Of a stretch of DNA of 64,000 bases, positions 44,668 to 54,563 are shown in pieces; the first letter of the stretch is position 1, and the number at the start of each line of letters is the position of its first letter. The stretch comes from an uncultured Candidatus Poseidoniales archaeon (lineage in GTDB: Archaea; Thermoplasmatota; Poseidoniia; Poseidoniales; Poseidoniaceae). Made by a program: the position numbers and the translations under genes. The DNA is taken from positions 3,974 to 67,973 of the forward strand of contig CAJJAV010000008.1 in NCBI GenBank assembly GCA_905182125.1. Direction: 5' to 3'. Below the pieces are notes generated by a model that did not search any database, was not told the DNA's origin, and saw only the letters and a list, made by a program, of their open reading frames with translations.

Positions 44668-44726
44668 GTTCTCCCTCATGACTCTTTGAGCAATGAGTTC
44701 AAAGACCGGCCATTGAATGCTTCACT

Positions 44727-46040
44727 ATGAGCAAACAACGTGGTGCTTGGTCTCCGGATTCCTCAACATTGAACAAGGCTCAAGCCGTGATGAATGCGGC
44801 TGCTGAGAGTGGAAACTTATACCGCAATGGATTGGGCATGATCGCTTCTGAAAACATTGTTTCACCGATGGTACAAAAAATTGTAGCGAGTGACTTGCAC
44901 GGACGGTATGCTGAAGGATTGCCAGGGAAGCGGTACTACCAGGGTTGCGAAGGTTTCGATACCATCGAAAGTATGGGCATCGAATTGGCTCGTTCTGTGT
45001 TCAATGCACCTTTTGCAAACATCCAATCGACCTCAGGAACAGTCTCGAATATTGCAGCGCTCAAAGCATTGGCCAAACCTGGTGACGGAATCACCGCTGT
45101 TTCGACAGCAGATGGAGGCCACATTTCACACGCCCGGATGGGTGCTGTTGGTTTGCGAGACCTCAACCTCTCGACCTACCCGTGGAATGAAGAGCGAATG
45201 GAGCCAGATATTGATGGGGCCTGTGAACTGATCCGTTCAGTCGAGCCAAAGGTGGCATTAATCGGTCAATCTGTTTTCCTTTTCCCCACCCCACTGAAAG
45301 AAATTGCTGACGCAGCTCACGAAGTTGGCGCCAAAGTCATGTACGATGGAGCTCATGTTCTGGGCCTCATCGCCGGTGGAGTGTTCCAGGATCCATTGCG
45401 GGAAGGTGCGGATGTTATGACTGGCTCTTCACACAAGACCTTCCCTGGACCACAAGGGGGGTTCCTGCTTTCAAGCAGTGAAGATCCTGCCTTTCAAAAG
45501 CGACTTAACACTGCTATTTTCCCAGGTGTTTGTTCATCATATCACCTGCATCACGTGGCTGGAAAGGTTATTGCATTGGCAGAATTTGAAGAATACGGTC
45601 AAGCCTATGCAGAAGACATCATCCAAAACGCACAACACTTTGCTTCATCCCTCGCAGCAGAAGGCTTTGATGTTCTTGCTGAAAGCCGAGGCTACACTGC
45701 TTCCCACCAAGTTCTCACTCGTCACGGTGGCACAGATTCCGGGGCTGGTGCGAAGGCAGCAAGTTTGCTTGAAGATGCTGGCATTGTGACCAACATGAAC
45801 ATGCTTCCCGGTGACAGCAAAGCATTGACACCCTCAGGCCTCCGTCTGGGGGTGCAAGAACTCACCAGGGTCGGCATGGGCCCCTCTGAAATGGAGGAGG
45901 TTGCCAATCTCTATGCCCGTGTCTTGCTTCATGGTGAAGATCCCAAAATTGTCAAGGAATCCGTGAATGAATTGAAATCAAATCACCAAGTGATTCGTTA
46001 CTGCTTCAATGATGACAAGCTTAACGGTTACCCTCTCTGA
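44727..46040 (+). CDS. glyA: Serine hydroxymethyltransferase, archaeal type
   Basis: Seen: MIASENIVSP, RYYQGCEGFD, and PLP-Lys TGSSHKTFPGPQGG. Confidence 0.95.
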   Translation: MSKQRGAWSPDSSTLNKAQAVMNAAAESGNLYRNGLGMIASENIVSPMVQKIVASDLHGRYAEGLPGKRYYQGCEGFDTIESMGIELARSVFNAPFANIQSTSGTVSNIAALKALAKPGDGITAVSTADGGHISHARMGAVGLRDLNLSTYPWNEERMEPDIDGACELIRSVEPKVALIGQSVFLFPTPLKEIADAAHEVGAKVMYDGAHVLGLIAGGVFQDPLREGADVMTGSSHKTFPGPQGGFLLSSSEDPAFQKRLNTAIFPGVCSSYHLHHVAGKVIALAEFEEYGQAYAEDIIQNAQHFASSLAAEGFDVLAESRGYTASHQVLTRHGGTDSGAGAKAASLLEDAGIVTNMNMLPGDSKALTPSGLRLGVQELTRVGMGPSEMEEVANLYARVLLHGEDPKIVKESVNELKSNHQVIRYCFNDDKLNGYPL

Positions 46041-47117
46041 GTGAGCGGAATGCCAACGGTCAAGGATTCAGACTTCGTTGATGGCTCAGCGCTTTTGAAC
46101 GTTCTACGTGAAGAATTCAGTACCAAAGATGGGATGATTTTCGATGCACATGGCGGCGCATGGATCGTTTGGAAGACCAGCGAACTATACGCATGGTGGC
46201 ATTCTTTTGAGGACCAGTGCAGCGTTCCTCTCCAAAGGAAATTGATGAACGCATGCGCCGATCAAGAAGAGTATCTTCTGAGCCTCAACCAAACATTGAG
46301 CACTGGATGGTTGCTCCGAAAGAGGAAGCAAAAGTCTGCTCTTGACCAGCGATGGGCGCGTTATGGATGGGGTCGCATTGATCTCGAACACGATGTCCTG
46401 CAGACCTTAATTTTCGCACCGATGGCATCGGGTGTGGCACTTGCAACAAAGGAGCAACACACCCACGAACGATTGAAACTCGAATGGCAACAGGCAAGTC
46501 AGCGCACCATAAGTCTTGAATTCACATCTGCTCCAAGCAACCTCGCACCTGCTCCTGCAGCACCACAAATGCCCTGGTCGACCGAACACCAACAAGGGTT
46601 CACGCCGCCTCAGTTTCTTGATGAACTGGAGTGGTTAAACGCCAACTGGACCGTCGGTGGTGAACCTACCTGCTTGTTTCCAATGGATGCCTTTACTCGG
46701 TTATTTGATACATGTCGGGCCTACCCGAGCGCCGTCTCTAAGGAGCAACAACTGGCTTGGTTGACGCCAACATTTGATGCTGGAATTCGCAGTGTTTTCT
46801 TGATGGTCGTAGCATCAATGGCAACCTTGGTGAACGTCGGGGAACGAGCGATTTACATCGAAAACACATCCAGTTGGGCTTCATTGTCGGCTCACTATCT
46901 TTCTCCAAATGGCTGGGGTCATCCGCTTTCGGTTGAATCATTGGGCACTGAACATGGCGTTCGCTTTGTTCTTTCATCTGGTCCAACCTTGCCCTTTTTG
47001 ACCGGCTGGCTTGTCGCTATGTGGGAGCGTGGGCATGGAAAATCTTCGAAATTCACATTGAAAAAAAGAGAGCATCACTGGTCGCTGGAGGTTGATTCCA
47101 GACTCGCCTACAACTGA
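46041..47117 (+). CDS. Hypothetical two-domain protein, translationally coupled to glyA
   Basis: Seen: GTG at 46041 immediately follows the glyA TGA (alternative ATG at 46050). Two halves each contain a GWG-centred segment (RYGWGRIDLEHD; PNGWGHPLSVES), faintly V4R-like. This is a low-confidence family idea. Confidence 0.6.
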   Translation: MSGMPTVKDSDFVDGSALLNVLREEFSTKDGMIFDAHGGAWIVWKTSELYAWWHSFEDQCSVPLQRKLMNACADQEEYLLSLNQTLSTGWLLRKRKQKSALDQRWARYGWGRIDLEHDVLQTLIFAPMASGVALATKEQHTHERLKLEWQQASQRTISLEFTSAPSNLAPAPAAPQMPWSTEHQQGFTPPQFLDELEWLNANWTVGGEPTCLFPMDAFTRLFDTCRAYPSAVSKEQQLAWLTPTFDAGIRSVFLMVVASMATLVNVGERAIYIENTSSWASLSAHYLSPNGWGHPLSVESLGTEHGVRFVLSSGPTLPFLTGWLVAMWERGHGKSSKFTLKKREHHWSLEVDSRLAYN

Positions 47118-47215
47118 GGTTGCGTGGTACGGTTTCCAAGGGGGTTAAGACTCCAATTTCGCCCATCTATGGTTAAGGACTATAACCACGACATGGAGTC
47201 GACAAAGTTGCACAG

Positions 47216-50200
47216 ATGTGCGTGGTGTTATTTATGTCGCTGAATCACAACCAAATGGCTTATGCCGCTATTGTATCAACATTGATTTTTGGCTCTATTT
47301 TTGTAGGTCTTTCAGGTTACTTCCAAACCAGTGAAGGGATCGGCGGCTTCGAAAGCGCTGCTGAGGACGATTTGCTCGGCGGTGGAACATCGCTCGGTAT
47401 TGCAATTGATACCGATGGTGATGGCTTGTCTGATGTTCTTGAGAACACCCAATACGGTACCGATCCAAACGATGCTGACACCGATAAAGACGGTATGAGC
47501 GATGGATGGGAAGTTGATCACGACCTTAATCCACTCGATAATGGCGAATCAGAGGATTTGTTACAAGATCCTGGGGAAGCAGATACAGACGATGCTAACA
47601 TCGCCAACGAAACCGATTCATGGCCTGACCCAAGTCAAGGACCAAACGGCGACCCTGACCGTGACGGTCTGATCAATAAAATCGAAGAGGAACTCGGCAC
47701 TGACCCTCAACGCAGTGACACAGATAACGACGGCCTCAATGACCGTTGGGAATCGCTGTACACAATGACTGTTCAAACACCAGGTGGCGATGTAACTTTG
47801 TTCAATCCACTCAGTGGAAACTGGGACTGCCTCTTGCTCGATCAGGCCATGGAAGACACACTTTCGACCCGATTCAATGGAGAAGGCGATGTTGCAGATT
47901 GGGATGACCTTGGCAACTCCATCGGTGCACACTCCTGTGACATGGTGCTCGACACAGACGATGACGGTCTTGCCAACTTCGAGGAAGAAGCCTTTGGTAC
48001 CAACCCAACCGCTCGCGACTCAGACATGGATTTAATCGATGATATCGTGGAAGTTTCCAACGTTTCAGTTGGCCTCTTCATGGGTGTTGGTGAAAACTGT
48101 AACATTCCACTCTTAGAATCCATCACACGCACCGCACCATTCCAGGACCAAGATCGTTCTTGGTTCATGATGGACATGGACGATGACGGCTTGCTGAACG
48201 GTCCTTCAGATTGGGACACTGACGGTGACGGAATGCCTGACGGCTTCGAATACTGTTACTCCAACGTTCTCGACCAACCAAACAACAATGCTTTGGAAAC
48301 ACTCAATCCTTCAAACGCTTCTGATGGCTACGGCGATTGGGACGAAGATGGCATGAACAACTACGAAGAGTACCAAGTGGCCAACATCTTCGGACCAACC
48401 AATTTCACATCTCCATGGAGACTCGACACCGATTTGGACGGCATGCCCGACGGCTGGGAAGCAACAAATGGCCTCCACCCTCGCGACGGTGCCAACGGCG
48501 ACCTCGACCCTGACCATGACGGTTGGGACGCAGACGGTGATGGCGCTGTACGCTACGATACTTTGGAGTACACAGCTGTCGTGATTGGCATCGATGTGGA
48601 AGAAGACCAATGGGTTGATGCCAACTCGACAGTCGCTCGAGCTCAGATCACCCTCGCTGGTGGTAACAAGCAAACCATCCCGATGGTCGCTCCAGTCTCC
48701 GGATATGTCTATGAAATTCACGTGTCCCTCGGCCAAGCTGTCGATTCACGATTATTCACTTGGATGGAAATCGTCGAACCCGAGGAGCAGTTCACCAACC
48801 TCATGGAATACAACGCCCGTGATCGAGACGGTGACGGCATCATCGATGGTCGATCAACCGATCCACTCAACCCTGACACCGATGGTGACGGACTTATCGA
48901 CGGAATCGAAGTGATGGGTTGGGAAATTCTTGTTGTCAACAATGGTGTTGTTCGGACCTGGGTCACCTCCGACCCTGGTCTTTTCGACACTGATGCAGAC
49001 GGCCTCTCAGACTACAGCGAATTCGCTACTGTTTGTACAGGTGGTTCCAACGCTTCGAACCCAGACACTGACGGTGATGGATTGGGCGACCAATCTGAAG
49101 CACTCGCTGGGTTCTCTTGGGAAGGCGTCGCTTACTTCACCAGCCCGTGCATGTTCGATACCGACAATGATGGTTTGGAAGACGGTGAAGAAGTGATTGC
49201 AGGAAAGGACAACTTCCTCACGCACGCTAACAATTCCGACACAGACAATGACAGCCTCATTGATGGAAACGAAGTTCTCTTCATTCCACGCCCATTCCAA
49301 AACCCAACCAACCCACTGATCAACGACACCGATGGTGACGGCATGCTCGATGGATGGGAAATGCAGGTGAAGTCCGCTGAAGAAAACACCAACTCACACA
49401 GCCTGTGGGTCGTGACTTCTTCATGGGACCGACCAGGATGTGTTCCTTCACAAACCTCTGATTGCTCAATGAGCGCAGGTGGCTATGTGTGGCAAAACAA
49501 ACTTGGAGGTTTCGTGATCGAACCTATGTTTGAGGTTTCTGAAATGAACCTTACTGGCTTTTCAATGCCGGTGAATGACTTCTGTGCATGCAATGGACGT
49601 TGGGCGTTAGACCCATCACTCGACTCGCTCAAGGACGATACCTTTGACATCGATAATGACTCATTGGCCAACGGTGCAGAAGCACCAGACAAGTGGAACA
49701 CGAACCCGGTCGATGACGACACAGATTCAGATGGTCTTCCAGATGGCTGGGAAGTCTACTACTCAGGACTGGCACTGGAAGCTGGTCTGGTCGACAATGC
49801 AAGTGTCAGTGCTTACGGCGCTCGCGGTGTTCTCGACCCGTCCATGGCTGACAGCGATCTCGATGGCGTTGATGACGGCTATGAAGACCCAGACGACGAT
49901 GGTTTGAACCGAACCGGTTTGATCAAGAAGTACTGCCCTGGTTACAACGACACAACGAATTCCGAGTGCAACATTAACCCTGATGAAGCGGATGGAAAGA
50001 AGTTCTATGACAACCTTGAGAACTACACGAACCTTGAGGAATATCAAAATGGTACCAACCCCATCTCCAACGACTCCGATGGCGATGATTGGAACGACGG
50101 TCCTGAAGTTTACTATCAAGACCACGACAGTGACGGCATGGCCACCGGTTGGGAATTCCACTTCCAATTTGATCCATTCGACGCTGCAGACCGTGTGGCC

Positions 50201-50314
50201 GATCCAGATGCAGACGGCCACGTCAATTACTGTGAATTCAAATGGGACACAAATCCAAAGGATCCAACGAGTTTCCCTGGTCAAGGCGAGTTGTGCGATC
50301 CATTTGCGCAATGA
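47216..50314 (+). CDS. Large secreted TSP3/calcium-binding repeat protein
   Basis: Seen: an N-terminal hydrophobic anchor and dozens of DxDxDGxxDxxE repeats (DTDGDGLSDVLE, DTDKDGMSDGWE, DTDNDGLNDRWE, DTDGDGLIDGIE, DTDSDGLPDGWE...). The start is ambiguous (47216/47234/47255). Confidence 0.85.
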   Translation: MCVVLFMSLNHNQMAYAAIVSTLIFGSIFVGLSGYFQTSEGIGGFESAAEDDLLGGGTSLGIAIDTDGDGLSDVLENTQYGTDPNDADTDKDGMSDGWEVDHDLNPLDNGESEDLLQDPGEADTDDANIANETDSWPDPSQGPNGDPDRDGLINKIEEELGTDPQRSDTDNDGLNDRWESLYTMTVQTPGGDVTLFNPLSGNWDCLLLDQAMEDTLSTRFNGEGDVADWDDLGNSIGAHSCDMVLDTDDDGLANFEEEAFGTNPTARDSDMDLIDDIVEVSNVSVGLFMGVGENCNIPLLESITRTAPFQDQDRSWFMMDMDDDGLLNGPSDWDTDGDGMPDGFEYCYSNVLDQPNNNALETLNPSNASDGYGDWDEDGMNNYEEYQVANIFGPTNFTSPWRLDTDLDGMPDGWEATNGLHPRDGANGDLDPDHDGWDADGDGAVRYDTLEYTAVVIGIDVEEDQWVDANSTVARAQITLAGGNKQTIPMVAPVSGYVYEIHVSLGQAVDSRLFTWMEIVEPEEQFTNLMEYNARDRDGDGIIDGRSTDPLNPDTDGDGLIDGIEVMGWEILVVNNGVVRTWVTSDPGLFDTDADGLSDYSEFATVCTGGSNASNPDTDGDGLGDQSEALAGFSWEGVAYFTSPCMFDTDNDGLEDGEEVIAGKDNFLTHANNSDTDNDSLIDGNEVLFIPRPFQNPTNPLINDTDGDGMLDGWEMQVKSAEENTNSHSLWVVTSSWDRPGCVPSQTSDCSMSAGGYVWQNKLGGFVIEPMFEVSEMNLTGFSMPVNDFCACNGRWALDPSLDSLKDDTFDIDNDSLANGAEAPDKWNTNPVDDDTDSDGLPDGWEVYYSGLALEAGLVDNASVSAYGARGVLDPSMADSDLDGVDDGYEDPDDDGLNRTGLIKKYCPGYNDTTNSECNINPDEADGKKFYDNLENYTNLEEYQNGTNPISNDSDGDDWNDGPEVYYQDHDSDGMATGWEFHFQFDPFDAADRVADPDADGHVNYCEFKWDTNPKDPTSFPGQGELCDPFAQ

Positions 50315-50376
50315 AGCGTTGGTAATGGATGCACAGCACGCCAAGTTTCTTGACTGATTGGCTCTGAGTTGACAAC

Positions 50377-51912
50377 ATGAGCAAGCGATTGCGAATTCTG
50401 ACGGTGCTTGCCATCGCGTTGTTCGTTTCAGCATCATTGAGCCAAGGGACCTCTGCTCGAACACCACCCGAAGACCAAGATCACCAACGAAGGGTGGTGT
50501 TTCATCAAGAAGATGGGATCAAAGCAAACTCAACACTCATCCTCAACGGGACGTCCACACAACCTCTCCAATCAAGCTCTTGGCGCCTTGTCAACATGAC
50601 CAACTTCGATCAGCACGATATCCTTGTTGAAGGGACTCACCTCTCAAGCGTCGTCCCATCGGGTGAAACACAATGGCGTTGGACACTTGTTCTGGATGTC
50701 GAAGATATTCATTGTACCTGCAGAGTCGAAGTTTTGGCTAACAATCAATCCCTTCACCCCGCTGTGATCACGGTTTATTTGGGAGACTCAGACCACAGAC
50801 CAGTTCTCAAACCGTTTTCAAACCCCTTCTATTTACTCACCACTGAACATCTTGTCGTGGAAATGGACGCTGTGACGCCTTCTCATTCATTGAACGGCTC
50901 TGCACTATCGACCACGTTGTGTGAAGCACCGTGGGGTGTTTGCTTGGCTGAAAAGGTTCCATTTGAACTCACATACAGTGTTACAGATTCCATCAACATT
51001 GAGTTTAATTCTTCTGAAATCGCCTTGCCTGATGGTTTTTGGATGTTCCATATTGAACTGGAAGACCGGACATTGAAAGTTTCAAACACAGTTTCCTTCG
51101 TTCTCCAACTCGACAGACAAGCCCCCGTCATCACGCTTTCAAACTCGCATAACTCCGAAGCTATCGGCCTTATGGAAAACGACATGATTCCGGGAGAGTT
51201 CGACGGAACTTCTGTCGTAATGGAACATTCAGTAGTTCTTTTCTCAGCAGATGTTTCAGATGGGTATGCTGGTGAATCTGAAGTGCTCACATGGTCGAAA
51301 ATTTCCCCCAGCGGTGAGCAATCCACTTTTTCAAAGGCATCGTTTGTCTCGCCTTCAAGTGTTTCATTTACGCCTGATGAAGCAGGCAAATGGACTGTTG
51401 AACTCCTTGTTCGGGATTCAGCAGGACATCTCGTTCGAGCATCATCGTCGATCATGGTCGAGAACGTTCCTCCACAGGCCCACCTGTTCCTTGATGGTTT
51501 GACGGTCAACGATGGCGATATGGTGATGTTTCCTCAAGGAACAGATTGGATTCTCAATGCCAGTCAAAGCCTTGACACAGAAAACGACTTGTTTGGATTG
51601 AATTACCGCTGGTACGTTGGTGAGGAACTGGTCAAGAATGGAGGGGCGACCCTCAACTCTGGAGATTTCAACAAAACTGGTTCTCACACACTTCGCCTGC
51701 TCGTTACCGACGACGATGGTGCACAGAGCGAACTTTCGTTCACAATCAGCGTCCCATCTGACTCGGCCGCAGGTTCTGAAGGCATGCTCGGTGCCAACCC
51801 GTTCACTCTTGGCCTCGTCGTGGTGTTCTCCCTTTCGATGTTCCTTCTTGTACGAATGGGTCGTTCCTCACCGCCAGAATCCTTGCCTAAATGGCATTCG
51901 AAAGAAGAATGA
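50377..51912 (+). CDS. Secreted Ig/PKD-like domain protein with a C-terminal TM anchor
   Basis: Seen: signal peptide MSKRLRILTVLAIALFVSASLSQG, PKD-like NYRWYVGEE...GSHTLRLLVTDDDGAQSELSFTISV, and a C-terminal helix followed by basic residues. Confidence 0.75.
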   Translation: MSKRLRILTVLAIALFVSASLSQGTSARTPPEDQDHQRRVVFHQEDGIKANSTLILNGTSTQPLQSSSWRLVNMTNFDQHDILVEGTHLSSVVPSGETQWRWTLVLDVEDIHCTCRVEVLANNQSLHPAVITVYLGDSDHRPVLKPFSNPFYLLTTEHLVVEMDAVTPSHSLNGSALSTTLCEAPWGVCLAEKVPFELTYSVTDSINIEFNSSEIALPDGFWMFHIELEDRTLKVSNTVSFVLQLDRQAPVITLSNSHNSEAIGLMENDMIPGEFDGTSVVMEHSVVLFSADVSDGYAGESEVLTWSKISPSGEQSTFSKASFVSPSSVSFTPDEAGKWTVELLVRDSAGHLVRASSSIMVENVPPQAHLFLDGLTVNDGDMVMFPQGTDWILNASQSLDTENDLFGLNYRWYVGEELVKNGGATLNSGDFNKTGSHTLRLLVTDDDGAQSELSFTISVPSDSAAGSEGMLGANPFTLGLVVVFSLSMFLLVRMGRSSPPESLPKWHSKEE

Positions 51913-51998
51913 ATGGATGATACAATACGATTGTAATCTCTTGATTTGTATTCGAATCGAAGGCAACGGTTGAAGATGGAGCGCTTCCTCGCAGTTCT

Positions 51999-53369
51999 AT
52001 GTACGATGCTGCTCTTGAACTCATTGGGAGCGAGCCGCAACCAATTTCCAATGATGAGTACAGACGAAGGGTTGACCGCTTGACCTCACAGATGCGCCCC
52101 GGTGACCTTCTTATTGTCCCCGCATCGAACACCGCAGTTCACTCCAACGACGTTCATTACCCTTACAGAACCCAGAGCGATATGCTTTATCTTGCAGGTT
52201 GGGATGAACCTGAGGCAGTGTTCACAGTTCATCACCAAGAAGGTAAGTGGATCAGCACCCTGTTTGTTCAACCAAAAGATACGCTCAAAGAAATCTGGGA
52301 AGGTCGCAGACCCGGTACAGAGGGTGCCCTTGCGGATTGGCCCATCGATGCTGCTCACTCATCACACGAGTTGGAAGACCATCTGCAAGCCATGCTCTCA
52401 GATGCCTCGAGGGTTCTTCTGCGAACTGGAATCCGTAGTGAAATAGATCAATTGGTGGTCAATGCGTTGGAACGAAGGGACAGAGCAAGGCAACATTTCG
52501 GCTCTGGACCCATTACCATCGAAGATCCAAGCGCTCGCATTGCTGAACTCAGGTTAAGAAAATCCGCCGCAGAAATAGCGCAGATGCGTTTTGCCTCTGA
52601 TGTCAGCAGCATCGCTCATGTCGCAGCAATGCGAAACACCAAACCAGGACGGATGGAATACCAACTCCAAGCAACCATTGAAGGCTTCTTTTCATATGCA
52701 GGCACGTCAGGTTGGGCTTACCCATCAATCGTTGGCTGCGGTGACAACGCAACCGTCCTTCATTACCACCAAAACAACGATGTTTGTCAAGATGGTGAAG
52801 TCATTTTGATTGATGCAGGGGCAGAATACCGGGGCTATGCAGCCGATATCACTCGTTCATGGCCAATCAATGGAATATTCACAGATGCACAAAAAGAAAT
52901 CTATCAACTCGTACTCGATGCTCAGTTAGCTGCCATCGACAAATGCCGTGTAGGGCTCCCATACAATGCGCCCCATGACGAAGCACGGCTCGTTTTAGCT
53001 CAAGGTCTCATCGATCTAGGTGTCATCAACCAAACCCTCGAAGAAGCACTGGACATGGAAACAGGGGAATTGAAAAAGTGGTACATGCATAACACCGGTC
53101 ATTGGATTGGCCTTGATGTCCATGATGTTGGCGTCTACAAGCCCAACGGCGAGCCACGTTTGTTGGAAGAAGGCATGGTTATGACCGTTGAACCTGGTCT
53201 TTACTTTGGCGCCTGGCGCCCAGATGTCGATTGTCCAGAGCGGTACGCAGATCTTGGCGTTCGCATCGAAGACGACGTACTTGTGACCTCAGGGAACCCA
53301 GATGTTCTTACTTCGGCTTGTCCCAAGACCATTGAGGACATCGAGAGCATCACGGGTCAATCATTCTAA
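51999..53369 (+). CDS. pepP: Xaa-Pro aminopeptidase (M24B)
   Basis: Seen: VILIDAGAEYRGYAADITR, HNTGHWIGLDVHD, MVMTVEPG, GVRIEDDVLVT. Confidence 0.9.
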   Translation: MYDAALELIGSEPQPISNDEYRRRVDRLTSQMRPGDLLIVPASNTAVHSNDVHYPYRTQSDMLYLAGWDEPEAVFTVHHQEGKWISTLFVQPKDTLKEIWEGRRPGTEGALADWPIDAAHSSHELEDHLQAMLSDASRVLLRTGIRSEIDQLVVNALERRDRARQHFGSGPITIEDPSARIAELRLRKSAAEIAQMRFASDVSSIAHVAAMRNTKPGRMEYQLQATIEGFFSYAGTSGWAYPSIVGCGDNATVLHYHQNNDVCQDGEVILIDAGAEYRGYAADITRSWPINGIFTDAQKEIYQLVLDAQLAAIDKCRVGLPYNAPHDEARLVLAQGLIDLGVINQTLEEALDMETGELKKWYMHNTGHWIGLDVHDVGVYKPNGEPRLLEEGMVMTVEPGLYFGAWRPDVDCPERYADLGVRIEDDVLVTSGNPDVLTSACPKTIEDIESITGQSF

Positions 53370-53378
53370 GGTGATACA

Positions 53379-54563
53379 ATGAACTGGAAGTCCATTCTTG
53401 TCGAACAGTCCGCATGGTCAAACGACACTGCTGCTGAGTTACGAATGAGTCCCGAAGATGCCGTGACGCTGTACGACCATGCTCCACTTCACGAATTAAT
53501 GACTGCGGCTCATCAACGCCGGATTGCCATGCACGGCCCGACTCGGGTGACCTACCTCGTCGATCGCAACATCAACTACACCAATGTGTGCACCATCAAT
53601 TGCCAATTCTGTTCATTTTATCGCTCCCCAGGCCATGAGGAAACCTACACCCAGACATTTGAGGAAATTTCAGGCCGGATTTCAGCGCTTGAAGAAATCG
53701 GAGGTTCCCGTATCTTGATGCAAGGCGGTGTGAATCCAGATCTTCCATTTGAATGGTATGAAGATTTACTGCGCCATATTTCTACCAATCATCCAACCAT
53801 CGCGATCGATTGCTTCAGCCCCATTGAAATCGAAGGCATCGCAGAGGTGAGCAACCAAACAACATTGGAAGTGCTCACGCGACTCAAAGCAGCAGGCATG
53901 CATGGTCTTCCCGGCGGTGGCGCAGAAATGCTCGTGGACGATGTACGCAAGGATGTTTCACCCAAAAAAGGACTCCCTGCAAATTGGCTGCGCGTCATGG
54001 AAGAGGCTCAAAGCCTCCACTTGACGACCAGTGCCACAAACGTGATCGGCTTTGGTGAATCGAACGCTCAGCGTGTCGAACACATGCGCCGTGTTCGAAA
54101 CCTGCAAGATCAATCTTTAGAAGACAATGAAATTGGATTCACTTCCTTCATTGCCTGGCCCGTTCAACTTGAATCCAACACGTTCGGTCGTCGTAACCGT
54201 GGCTCTAACCGAGTGACACTTGGCGCAGGTTCCTCGGAGTACCTCCGACACGTCGCTATGTCGAGGCTTTTTTTGGACTCCATCCCTAGCATTCAGTCCT
54301 CGTGGCCGACAATGGGCATTAAAACCGCACAAATGGCCTTGTTTGGTGGAGCCAACGACGTCGGATCAACCATGATGGAAGAGAACGTTGTTTCCGCTTC
54401 TGGGACCACAAAGTTCAGTGCCAGTGAGAAGGAATTACAGCATGTGATTCAACGAGCGGGTTTTGTCCCTCAACGAAGAGACAGCAATTATGTCCTGCTT
54501 GAAACACCACTTGTCGCTCCGAATCACGCAGACGTTCCTGCTCCAATTCCACTCCAAGGATGA
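53379..54563 (+). CDS. Radical SAM enzyme of the MqnE/MqnC/CofH family
   Basis: Seen: NYTNVCTINCQFCSFYR (CxxxCxxC), ILMQGGVNPDLPFEWY, FSPIEIEG. I cannot tell the subfamily by eye. Confidence 0.8.
   Translation: MNWKSILVEQSAWSNDTAAELRMSPEDAVTLYDHAPLHELMTAAHQRRIAMHGPTRVTYLVDRNINYTNVCTINCQFCSFYRSPGHEETYTQTFEEISGRISALEEIGGSRILMQGGVNPDLPFEWYEDLLRHISTNHPTIAIDCFSPIEIEGIAEVSNQTTLEVLTRLKAAGMHGLPGGGAEMLVDDVRKDVSPKKGLPANWLRVMEEAQSLHLTTSATNVIGFGESNAQRVEHMRRVRNLQDQSLEDNEIGFTSFIAWPVQLESNTFGRRNRGSNRVTLGAGSSEYLRHVAMSRLFLDSIPSIQSSWPTMGIKTAQMALFGGANDVGSTMMEENVVSASGTTKFSASEKELQHVIQRAGFVPQRRDSNYVLLETPLVAPNHADVPAPIPLQG

Noticed and set aside
49763-50467. 234-aa antisense ORF, and many 60-150-aa ORFs inside the TSP3 genes
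   Set aside because: The GAY/GGY-rich repeat codons of the sense strand keep antisense frames open. The translations are low-complexity with no start context.
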